Shown one piece after another: positions 52,303 to 64,000 of a DNA stretch of 64,000 nt. Every line of letters starts with the position of its first letter. Within the stretch, counting starts at the first letter, position 1. The position numbers were made by a program, and so were the translations under genes. The notes under the pieces were generated by a model. It was not told where the DNA came from, ran no database searches, and saw only the letters and a program-made list of their open reading frames with translations. The DNA comes from Balanoglossus misakiensis (lineage: Eukaryota; Animalia; Hemichordata), in the NCBI GenBank assembly GCA_040954595.2, contig CM082581.2:7276059-7340058 (forward strand), in the 5' to 3' direction.

Positions 52303-55300
52303 TAAATATACCATCCACTCATCATTCACATCGACCTCATATTCCATTATAGAGTTTCATTCTTCGAATATCAAAGGTATTTTTGAATTTATTTCCTAAC
52401 TTTCCTTACATGTAACGTCTTCATACTTTCTGCTCGGTGTTCGAGGCATGCACATGCGTTTGTGTTCATTTCAAACTCAAACACGTTCCGGTACCTCTGG
52501 AATTTCGATTCAGCGCATATATACGAGTGCATATCTTCTCGCTGTCGCGGAAGAGGGAAGGGGGAGCCCCGTGGCGAAGTAAAATCAGCGACCGTAGTAG
52601 CTGTAAATACCAGCAATCGCTAATCAATTTGCACCGCGTAACACGATCTCGGAGCGTATTACCACCAGTAATGGTAAACCACCGAAATATCTCAGATTCG
52701 AGGCTCCTTCAGCGTGGCAGCACACTCAATAACAGCTCCATACTACGGAGGAATGTCCCTGCGCTATTGACTGTGGTTTGTTTGCCCCTTCAGTCACCAA
52801 TACTGATGACAGACGATTGTTTTTGATTGACAGTTTCAAGTTTTAGCCTGAACGTTTACGAAGAGTAAAGCGAGACTTGAGAGAGACGGTTGCTCCCAAT
52901 CGTTTCACATTGCAGAGATTGGAAACCCTTAACCCTACACTACCTTAGAACGCAGTCTGGGTTTCCGCTCTTCATCGAGTGATAATATCCGGGTCTAATG
53001 CATTCGTCACGCTAAGTTAATTAAAGTCAACAACTGTGAAATGGATTGTACTCCTCACAAATGTGCTACTGGTTACGCTAATGACACGGAATTGTACGGA
53101 ACTTGTGATTATCTCGCCTTCTATTGATCTGTTGTTGTCACTTTGCATTGGGAACAAAAATAGCCACTGAACTTTCTGCTTTGTGAGCACCGTGATAATT
53201 TGTAACCATGAAATGCAAGACAGTGGTACATCGTGACAAGAACATTGCATACATGTACATGTATGTATGTGACAGAAAAGCAAATAGACAGATGCTAAGG
53301 CAGACTGACAAGAGATCACTTAATTTCTTGATATTATAGGATAGACGTGAATCGGGTCCATTTCCCTGACATTCGTCTAAATTCTTTTTTCATTTGTGCA
53401 CTCATGACAAACTGAGGTAGCTTTGCAATTACCGTAAGTTGGACAATGGCGTGAATGCTGGCATTACAGGTTCTATCCAGGACTTGTGGCTTTACATTCA
53501 TTGTCGGATGAAAAGCGTAAGAAGGTAAATGTAACAGTTTGAAGAAAAAATATCCGGCGTCGGGTGTGTCATGGGACTCGCATTACTGCCGTACAGAAAG
53601 GGAGTCGCCTTCAAAATGTAGGATATCTCTGGCAGCTGTTTCCTTCGAGCCGACACACGAAGTCAGTTCGGCTTTTTGATGTGATCAGCTACACACGGCA
53701 CACGAGTGAGTCGCTTTTAAAAGACGCGAGCAAATGTCACCGCCGGTAATTACGTGATCCATTTGCTAATGTGGGAGATTGCTCTCCTGTCGACAGAATC
53801 GCCATTGCCGATGCGTGATTTTGCGGAGTATGCCAGGCATTGTGACTGTCGTTGTGTCCTCGACTCAACGCGTAAAGGGGTCATAACGCGTCGATTTTAC
53901 AACAATAATTATTATCTTTGTAAATCTTATAAATGTTCTGTTGCCGTTCTGCGCTTTTTTCTGGGTTCCTGACTCTCTGATTCTGTCGTCAGTTTAGTGT
54001 GGGTGTGTGCATGTCTCTGAGAGAAACACATCTGCCCACGAGCTAATTGAAAATCTACGATAAAAGGTGCCGACTCGCTCATTGTTCTAAATCAGAGTTT
54101 GCATTGATTTATGGCGATGTGTATTAATTGAGTGATAAAAACACACGAGCCTAGAGAAGCCCAGCATATAGAGGCGGAATTAGCCGCTTCACTCCTACCT
54201 ATTTCCATGTACATGTATTGGGATCCGCGTCTCCCCAATAAGGGCAAGACAACGCATTGTCGTATGACAGAGCTACTGAGATAACAGCGTGGATGCCGTG
54301 TTCATGTTCGAGCAGACTCTGCATATTACCAATGATAAGTGGCAATCAGTGTAATTAGCACGATAAGCTATACTTGTAATTGAAAAAACAGATAAACGAT
54401 CACCATTTCATTAGTTTGAAGATGAAATAATATCAACTTCTAAGAAATTAAGGTTCACGACAGAGACAAGCCACATGATTTGTTAATGATGAATTTTCGT
54501 GCAAATACCCTTTACTGACGTTTTATAGAAATTAAATCACGATTTCTTTTCATCAATTCGGTGAAAAGCAAGACAATAACTTATGTCTCGGTATGCCGTC
54601 CACGTCAGCCTAATTGAACTACTCCGAAAACAGTTAAGTACACACCGACATACCCGCATATATATTTCCACCATGGAAATTTTAATATATAGTGAAAAAT
54701 ACTGTTTTTATTCAGGTTATCGCTCACGTCGCCGGTCGAGTGAACATGTCTAGACAACCCAGTGGTAAATATGGACTTTTAACCAAATTCCGTTCTACCT
54801 CTTCATAGCTAATAGCTGTATGGTATATCCAAGTTCGTTGGGTCATCGACTTCTGCTCAAATTCCCTTTGCCGTATATAGATGAATGGTAAAGAAAGGGA
54901 GGGGCGATCGCCCGTTTTGAGTACCAGTGGGGTTATGACGGCCCCGGGGTAGGAAACGGTAGCCTTATTAACAAACAAACAAAAATCGTGCCCCTAGATA
55001 ACCCGGCCGGTGTGCTTACAATTAAAAAGCATATTTGTTTAGACTGTCACCCGCGAGTTGTCAATTTAAGTAACGAAAGTAACTCATTAATGTTAATGTT
55101 AATGGGCTTGACATGTGTCGCGTGTAATCGCGAAGCTAATGATGAGAAAACAAATGACACGAAGATACTCGAGGAGAATTACAGCAAATCGAAGTTTAAC
55201 AATTTCGATGACAGAGTGTACATTGTATTGTATACGCGTTAAAAGTGCACGGCGTCTCTGCCGCGATATGCGTGGCTTACTGAAAATGAGACGTTTTGCT

Positions 55301-58300
55301 ATGATTATTTTTTTAATTGATTAAACAGTTGAAAATCCAATTATTATAGGAATTAATGTCAATAAGCATGTTAAAACTGCTTAGAAAGTTAAGCTCATCA
55401 TGGGTGATTTTTATGCAGTTGGTTATGCAATTGATTGGTAATTCCGGTGGCAGACGTTTGCGCTTGAATGCACGAGATCTCAACAGACTCTGATAACAAG
55501 TTGAATCGACATCAGATGTTCTGGACTGTGTCTCGGATTTGTCGTGAAACCCCTCGCTGCTCCTGTCTTTTTGTAGGGTATGGCGCGCAATCACGGGCAA
55601 AACATCAAACGTCAAATGAACATAAGGTAAATCATCCTCTGCCAAAGGCCACAGTTTCACTCAATGCGCATGTTTTATCGGTGTTTATTAAAAAACTCTG
55701 AATTCAGCTGTGTAGGAGTGGTGAGATTATCACGCCGTAATCACATCCTTTGCTACTAGGAAGCTCATTTTTCTCCGCTGGCATTCTCGAAGAATCGCTG
55801 CCGTATATCCCAATTATCGTGCCAATTTTCGCACCAAAGATGCATTCATGCCCCCATTATCCCCGTTTTCTAAGCGGGCTACCTGGTAATCCCGTTGCGG
55901 TCCCCCCGTGGACCGCCTTTTTTTTCGAGGCGTGGGCACTATTTTCTTGCTGCGCATCTGTTTTCTTCGAAACCACTCATTACTGGGGCCCGGGACTCTC
56001 ATCTCGATGCTCAAAAGTCTATCATTTGCGTTTAAAGCGTGATATCGATCGACAGAGTTACAGGGACGAGAGAATTCACTAAACAAACCCCGTCAATCAT
56101 TCCCTGAGTCCACCTCATACCGTGAAGCCCAGGGGCAACTCGCAATCCCTGTATCTCGCATTTAGTTCTCGTTGACATTGAATGTTTGTGCGGTATAACG
56201 CCTTTGTTTTCCATTGAAGTCTTTATCAAGTCAATCCTTTTTGCTTTTCGATAAATCTTCCCGATAAATGAGGTGCGCCTTTAGGTTAGCAAGGACAACA
56301 TGGCGATCTTTTGAAATGCGAAGTGGATAAAACCTTTCGAAACAGTTGATATATTTAAGCGAGCGTCTCTCGTCAAAGGCCGGCAATTATACTCAAGTGT
56401 CATATGTATACAGCTTTATAAGAAAAAAAGTGATATATTTTATCTTCGGTAAATGTGGATCAAAAGCATGATCATTGAATTTCGGACGATTGAATTACCA
56501 TATAGATGAAATAAATGTCAAGTCAGTGGCATCGCACAAAAGCAGCCCGGAAGCGGGTAGACCTTCAGTGCTGATAATTTCCACAACTCTCAATGCAGCT
56601 CTGCTTGCTGCTTGATGTCTAAACGAAATGTTCAAAATCATTGAACTATCCCATTTTCAACAAAGACCGATGTACTCTACGCACGTGTAGTTATATGTCA
56701 TTTGTTTGGTTTGTGCATCCAGTGTCTTTGATAGACAACAGAACCAACATTTTTTTTCTTCTGAGATAAGAGTGCCGTCGTGTGGTTATTTCTGGGCCTG
56801 AGGTCAAGTTTTTTCCCCGTTAAATAAACAAGAGACATTCTTCTTGTTGTATTTTGAGAATGACAAGAATGCGTGGAAACCGAGAGATTAAATAACACCA
56901 TATCAAAATCCTTCGCATTGTGCATGGAAATTCGCAATTCATCTTGCAAATAATGCCACCGTTCTCAAACCCCTAAAGATACCATATCAGGATGCCAAAT
57001 AAAGAAAACTAGATACTGTATATCAGCGAATAGTCAATATGCGGACGAAACTTAACCGTTCGTCACGCACACACGATAAAACTGCCTGGGAAACCTAGTC
57101 AATACTGACGCTGTTTGTTACCGTTCAAACCGTTCCCATAGCGACAGGAGGGCTGATAGCTCGTGCCATCCCCAGGGACCATTTTAAGACAATAAGAAAA
57201 ACACCATTGTTTTTTCATTAAGTTAATCTTGTCACGTCGTGTTTTGGTACTAGTACATGTAGGTGTGAGGTAATAGGTAGCTCGCAATACAATATTCTGT
57301 TACACCCATCAGCAACGACAAAACTAGCATAATACAAGAAAACGCGTCGTCCCGCTGAAAATTACCCATTTTGGTACGTGTGATTAAGTATCCGGGGTCT
57401 TTGAAACTCTTCTCACAAATTTCCTCATGGGGCTCCCCTGGTAGTAAAACTTCCCTAATCCCTGTACTTAACGACATGTATGAGACAATGGCAGCCATGT
57501 AATTGCGGATCAGCGACGGTGTATTTGAAAGAGACGGGTTAGAAACGCAGCCAATAATTGCATCGGTATTGCTTTAAAATCGGAAGGAATTCTTTCGCCG
57601 GATTAGAAAGAGACTGAGCGCCCGTAAGTTGCAGATTGATTACAGTGTAAGAGAAAAAAAACCAACGGTGGACGCCTGAACAGTTTCTCAAACGGTAAAT
57701 ATACGGTTTCCGTGCACATGATTGAATTCCGATCCCCTGGTAAAAGGCAAATCCCATTTTGCTGACATTCCCAATTACGGGGAGTGAAGGAAGACGATGG
57801 CTGGAGTATAGCCGGGGCCCGAGTGCGCGCAGACAAGACACACGGCTGCCTAGCCTTCGACACTAAAGTGCTGACTCTATCAACCGCTTGAGTGGGTGTT
57901 CCAACTACAGTTCCAACAAGTAGATAGCTTCACTAATGAGAGAATCTGTTTACTTCCTGTGACATGGAAACTAATTTGATGATATATCTGTGTCTGCTCC
58001 GATGGTTAGGCCGTCTGTTCGTCACGGCTGTAGGCCTCAAACTGTTGTCATCTGACGTGCGAGCAATTGCTTTTTAGAGTTGGCAGCCGCCTCTTTTAAA
58101 CTTTGAGCTCTCTTGCGGTCGTTTTCTTTTTTTGTAGTGGCGCGGTCGGCCGCTTTATTCTTTTGTCGCAGCAGGATTTAAAGTTGTCACTAAGAGAGAA
58201 GTTTTCGAGTAAAAGCTCACGTCAAATATAAATGAGCGTCAGCGTGAATTAAACCAAATTGACACAAAGTTCGGGGCATGCGCGGTAGGTTATAAGATGA

Positions 58301-60322
58301 ACCATGTCGGCATGTTCTGTAAGCGAGTGTACTTTTTACCGCGCGTGACTATGTAAAGCAATATTTTGAACATTGTTGACCTTACGATTTTTGTCAGAAC
58401 ATGCTTATTTGTTTATCGTTCTGAAAATAACGTGACGTTCCCTTTTTTACGTGTACGTCTTTTATTCAACTCTTTTCAATTCCAATAACTGGAATGTCCA
58501 CACCAATCGGTGTACACGTATCTCGACAATGGGGGAAAACTCAACCGTGAAATTTCTCTCTCCGCCTCTGTAGCCATGGCGACCTGCGCATGAGTCAGTC
58601 GCGCCTCGCGGGTTTCGAGACCAGGCGCCATTCGCTTCGAAATTCATCGTAACAAACTCGGACAGAGTTCGGCGGGACACCATACTTTTCTCGACCTATT
58701 GGTCCCCCTCAGTTGCCAATATTAGTAAAATGTAATCACACTTTTTACAGTGAGGCGGAAAACAGGATTCTTCCTATTAAACAGTATATCCACGCAACCC
58801 CAAGATATGACACGAATCAAGTATCATATTTCAATTTCATAAACTTAGGCATCCGCGGAGTGATCTCATCCGGTTGAAGCTTAATTGTATGATAACAGTC
58901 GCGGCGGGAATCACACAGTATTCATGTACTGGCAAAGTCGGTACTATAATTATGACAGTGCATTGTTTATCTTTATGAAACATGCCATTACCTGTTAGCC
59001 TGTCATGCTATTTTCAAACCTATGTTTCTCAACAAAAACAACGTGGGAACCAACACATAGCGTACATTTTCAGAATTGTAGGGATCTCACCTTTTGCATT
59101 GTGTATCAACAGCTTTTTGTTTTACAACACTTTCGTGTCATGATTATGTCACCAGAATGCACTGACGTAAGTCGGTGTCGCTTTCTTATTAAAATAGGGA
59201 ATCTGCCAGAATATTAAAAAAAGAAATTATTGCGGTTAAGAATGACAGTTTGCTTGTTACGAGCGCGTAACAATTAATCAACTTTTACCGCGAATATCGC
59301 GTGATCTTATATTAATATAAGGTGTTGTATATCGAATTCAAGTTAAATGCCGACAGCTTTCTGCCCTCCCTACTCAACCCTCACGCCTGTTGCATTTCAC
59401 TGGATCTCGCCACCACTCAATTCATTATTTGTTTGTCGCTCCATTAAATTTGCGCTTCGCTGGTCAGACTTGTACACTGACTGCCTTCTTTCACATCCCC
59501 GTCACGGCATCCGCGGCTGACGCAAGCGGCGATTTGATGACGTCGCTCCTCGCTAAATACCTCTCGAATTGACATCGGATGAATATGGCATCAGTGCGCG
59601 ACCAACGAGGCAGCGACTGATTTCACTCGATTTGTCGTGGGATAAAAAGAGTGGGGCTAATTGTGCTCTTTGCGTTTGTACGTTCAAGCCCTTGCACGTG
59701 CGTTGGAGGGGGGGGGGGGGGTGAGAGTAAAGTTGAAAGAAACTGTCCTTGCATAGCGTAGCATCTGTTCATGACGCTTATTAACTAACGCTTAGGAGTG
59801 TCATTTTTTCGTGATGGATTTAGCATCCCTAATCGGGTAACACAGGAGGTGTTATTGTACCTTAAAACTGGCCTTAAGAGCACTTACAAACAGATTAAAC
59901 GACTATTAACAGATTCACCCGTCTATATACACGATGACAATAATAATAATGATGATTGACCTCATATACACGCGTCTGGCACATCTGTGCAGAGTAATCG
60001 TCCTCAGCAAACCTTCAGTACTGGATTATTTCCTTGAAAATACTTGCGCACATTATCGCAAGAAAAGGGAAACACTGAATACAGAAAAAAAAATGTTTTC
60101 TGTTTTGGGGCGGGGATTACTGCACTGCCTATTAACGCTGGTGTCACTACAGTCGGACAATGAACTTATTGAACTCACAAACGTTGCCATCTGAAAATAA
60201 TTCATCTGTGCCATGAAAAGAAGCCAGCGCAGTTAAATTGACAACGGATCAGCGCATGATTGGCACGTAGCATCAGCTGAACGTAGATTGGCACATGGCG
60301 ACAGTTTGACTGAGATGAGAGA

Positions 60323-60338
60323 GGGAGGGATGGGTGGG
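60323..60338 (+). other. G-quadruplex-forming motif
   Basis: GGGAGGGATGGGTGGG: canonical four G3 runs with 1-2 nt loops. Confidence 0.5.
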
Positions 60339-63300
60339 TGGAGGCTGTGGCAGAGACAGCTACAGACAGATCTAGAGACACTGATGGAAATACAAAGACA
60401 GGCAGACGCCAGAAAATGCATGCACGCCGAACTAATCCGACAGATGTAGTCCCTAGAGCTAAATATTTCCACAATTTCCATTACTGCCAGACGAGAAGTG
60501 CGCTCAGTATTTTTCATGTTATAGCTTATGTAGCGGAGAAGTCACCCTTGAAACTAAGGACAATGCGCCTGTGTTGCGCGAACCTTACTAGTAATTGCAG
60601 TAGAATCGAAAAGTGATAAACGTCATATATTCAGTGACTAATCGACGTGATTTTAGCTAGGCATTACATCGCAACGTCACGTTGCAGAAGAATACAATTT
60701 ACACAAATCCCTGGTACAAGCATTAACATCACACATTCAACTGTTACAATGATTCCTATTGTCAGTATAGGTAAGGATGGACAAATAAGCTTCCGGCAAA
60801 GACAACACGCTGATTGTTTTCAGTTAAAATGCGTTATCTAATGCTTGCCATGTATCCAGCCTAATTACATGTAAAAATCAAATGCAAATTTCACCCGCCG
60901 CCGTTTCGAATTGATGCGGCGTTTTCAGCCTCGCTCCGTCAAACGCGAAAATATTGTCCGCTGCTGTATATCAACATAGTCGACATATGTATTTCATGAT
61001 TGGCAAACATTAATCTACTAACCATATTTATCATATTTATTTAATGGAAACTGATACGGGTATACACGTTTATGCAGCCTAATTAGATGACTTCCCCGCG
61101 AGGTTACCATGAAAACATGGCCTCGAGGGGAACTCAAACACATCCGATCAGACAGGCAGAAATAATAATTTCTCTTCTCAGAATGATGTTACGCAAGAAA
61201 TCAGGACAATTAATTTGTCCACTTATTAACGGATTAGTCAATCCATTCCAGCACTTTCTGAATTTCAATTTGCATTCCCAGCCGAAGCGGAGAATGAGTT
61301 ACAGCGTGGTTGCTATAGAAACGAATTCAACGTTTCACAATTTTTCTCTGACAGAAAGATTACCAATCTATTTAAAGTTGTTTGGTGCAATAATTGAAAA
61401 AAAAGACCATCTAATTGGTGTGTATTGGTATTTCCATAATCAATTGCAAACAAATTAAATGCCCCGCCTGATCCGGTGAGAATGTAATTATGGTAATGGC
61501 TGCAACTGGGTATCGCAATCGCGCTCTGAAATTGGTTTTGAGAATATAGCTCCATAGTTCCAGCTTACGAACAATCAGATACAAATTCGTGACCATGCCA
61601 CGGTGTCTGGAAAATACACGTTTTTACCTTTGGGCCCAAATGAAGAACAGCGCGCTTTTTAATAACATGTGCCGAGCGAAGCAGTGTGCCGGAACCGCTT
61701 CCTTCACCAGAAAACACGGTCGTGATTAAAACCTATCGGCAAAAAAAATGAAGGTAGGGGGATTGTTTTGTGTACGTATAACTTTGACATTTATTCTCGA
61801 TTATAATGGCATCGAAGTAAATGGCACCGGTACAGTTCCCGGATGGAGCCAATTTGTGGCTATCCACAAGAAATGCGCAATGAATTCCGGTGGAGTTGTA
61901 TGGTGCATGGATTTGGACAGGAAGTTTCCTGGGAACATTGAGCCTCGTTGAATGTGCCGTCTATAGTGCAATCTCACAGGTATTTTTAAACGCCCTACGA
62001 GATTTGCCAATTAATGAATAATGCACCCGTGACAAGCGGGCCAGCTCCGTGATAAGCCCAAACGTGTGTCGCCTCAACACGACTAATCACCACACGGTTC
62101 GCTATATATGAAACTGGCGACCGCTTCCCAGATAGAACAGAATAACCTCGTATAGAATGTCGTGGGGGGGGGGGGAGGTAGTTTAATATAGTGAACACGT
62201 TTTCAAAGGTTTGGCGCGTATTGAAAGCCACCGCCACGTTGTCAATCAAGGCGGAGAGTCGAGCTTGAACTGAAAGTTGTGACCCCAATTATTTTAACCA
62301 AGAGCGGGTGATTGCAATATGTCAGACGGGGGGGGACGATCTCTCCCCGCGTAATAAACGATCGGTGTAATCCACAGACGTAAAAAGATAAGGGTTGTCA
62401 TTGAAGAGACTGAGGACTGTGAAGGCAGTGTATCGGCGGCTGGGTCCCATTATTGATAGACGTTTCCCGGTCCAGTAACCATAACTACATGCTCAAACTG
62501 CCCCCAATAAACGCGAACTACGAGCACATCGTGATACAAGCGACTGAACACGTAGTTTACTCGGTCAAACGACCGACTCGCGTGTGCCTAAGTCGCTAAG
62601 TCGGCGCAGGAATGACTTGCATGCACGCTGTTCATTCCATTGACCGTCTCTGGTATCGCCCCAGTCCCAGTGAAGAAATTGAAGTATCGTTCTTCCGTCG
62701 AACAGACCATTGTAAGCGAAATCATATATTGCAAAATGTAATAAAACATGAAATTGTGCACTTTATGGCGGTTGATCGGAAAATATGCCTACTCCGGGAT
62801 ATTAATAGAATTTTATTATTCATAAAAACCCCACCATACCAATTATTTAAGGCCGTATGTTTGAGAGAGATTATTTCCCTCTGATAATGTGATTATTTTA
62901 TGTCGATACCGACTGCGCTTCAAGTGTTTACCAGCAGTGTTTGCATAAATGCAAGCCAAAAAATTAAAAATAGATCAAACAAAAAATGAAAGATATAATG
63001 TATGAATTCCAATAAAGCAAACGACGAGATTTAAACAGTTCTTTGAAATGGTTATTTTAGATGTTTGATGCTATAGCGGTACTATGGAATTAGAACGCAT
63101 GCTTTTTGACAAAGTAAAGAACGTCGCTTGGAATTACTGCGGCGAACGGCTGCGAGTTTGTGTATTTTTGCTTTAAGCACCAAAGACAACGGTCCATACG
63201 TGTTAGAGTTTATAAAAAAACTAATCTCAATATTCAAAGAGTACATTTTCCCAGAATCAGAAAATACTAAGCTATGGAGTCACTCTCGGAATGAGGACAC

Positions 63301-64000
63301 TGGAAATTGTTGTACGGTATGTTCCGTTCATTGGTGGGTGCAATTATCAACAGTACACGTTTTTTTCAGAACATCGCGCTTCTGGATTAATTTCACCGAG
63401 AACTACCGACAACTTCTTGTGTGCTGGCAAACCTATCATTTCCGGCAACTTGAGCGCGTGACGCGTACAGGAAGCCATTGAAGGATTGGATTTGACGCGT
63501 ACTTGTGAATACTCATCGAACTTGAAGGGTTTTAGACGTGGCCTCGATTCGGCGATTTTTTGCCAGAACGGTTTGTGTCGTACATGTAGGACTCTGAGGA
63601 GGTTTTCCGCCTCAATTTCCAAAGAAACCACAGGGAATTATTCAGGGAAAGTAAAGAAATACTAACATGATAGAAACTGCACTCGCTGCATTTATACAAG
63701 ATTTTACATGTATACATTCGCACTGTGGGTAAATCATGATCTCGGGGCATGTAATCTAGCTGTGTGTCCCATTATCACCCAAACGACAGAATTTGAAACG
63801 TTTTGCATGGAAAATTGCCCGTGGAAAGTACAGGTGACCCCAGAACCAAGAGACCGGCAAAAATGGCGGAGGAAACTTTAAGGAGAACGTACTTTACTTT
63901 TCTTTGCTTGAAAGGGAGCAGACACAATGCGCCAGCGCTGCCTTTGAATACATATGTACCCTGAATGTACACGGTGATATCAGTCGAACAGTGTTTCTTC

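Larger units (their letters stand above)
51061..64000 (+). other. Large intron of the ADRA1-like gene (runs past window end)
   Basis: Begins GTAAGT. No TM7 exon (WLGY.NS..NP.IY) was seen in the remaining 12.9 kb by eye or in the ORF track. Confidence 0.75.

Noticed and set aside
51997-52399. Two opposite-strand ORFs sharing MVYH...WYTMAGGVLLL
   Set aside because: An artefact of the DNA palindrome, not a gene pair.
54945-54997. Possible partner end for the Zator-like terminus at 35931, which would enclose the GPCR exon
   Set aside because: Only patchy similarity (AAACAAACA, TCGT), 19 kb apart, with no matching TSD; not evidence of gene capture.
51090-64000. Second coding exon (TM7/NPxxY), or tRNA/rRNA genes
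   Set aside because: No matching peptide or RNA fold found by eye; a short or divergent exon could have been missed without a tBLASTn search.

Overview
Eukaryotic, mostly non-coding DNA of roughly 40% GC with CpG plainly not depleted. This points to an invertebrate; a marine deuterostome such as a hemichordate is my best guess and is inference only. The window opens inside an ~88-bp palindrome-rich tandem array (1-~2215, about 25 copies). The only convincing protein-coding sequence is the first coding exon (TM1-TM6) of an alpha-1 adrenergic receptor-like GPCR at 49941-51060 (+). It ends at a phase-1 GTAAGT donor at the same position as the single coding intron of vertebrate ADRA1 genes; I did not find the TM7 exon in the window. 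Upstream are candidate 5'-UTR exons, uORFs, a CRE/octamer/TATA promoter candidate (~46.6 kb) and a distal TATA-exon-donor unit (~5.8-6.1 kb) whose donor sits in a hairpin with a U1-like sequence. The rest is intergenic or intronic DNA with microsatellites and decayed non-autonomous elements (a fold-back element, a Helentron/HINE-like remnant, a probable solo LTR), plus a strong excess of the octamer TACATGTA. Nearly all other ORF-track entries look like chance ORFs. I found no multi-gene novel system; the best leads are regulatory or structural and need testing.
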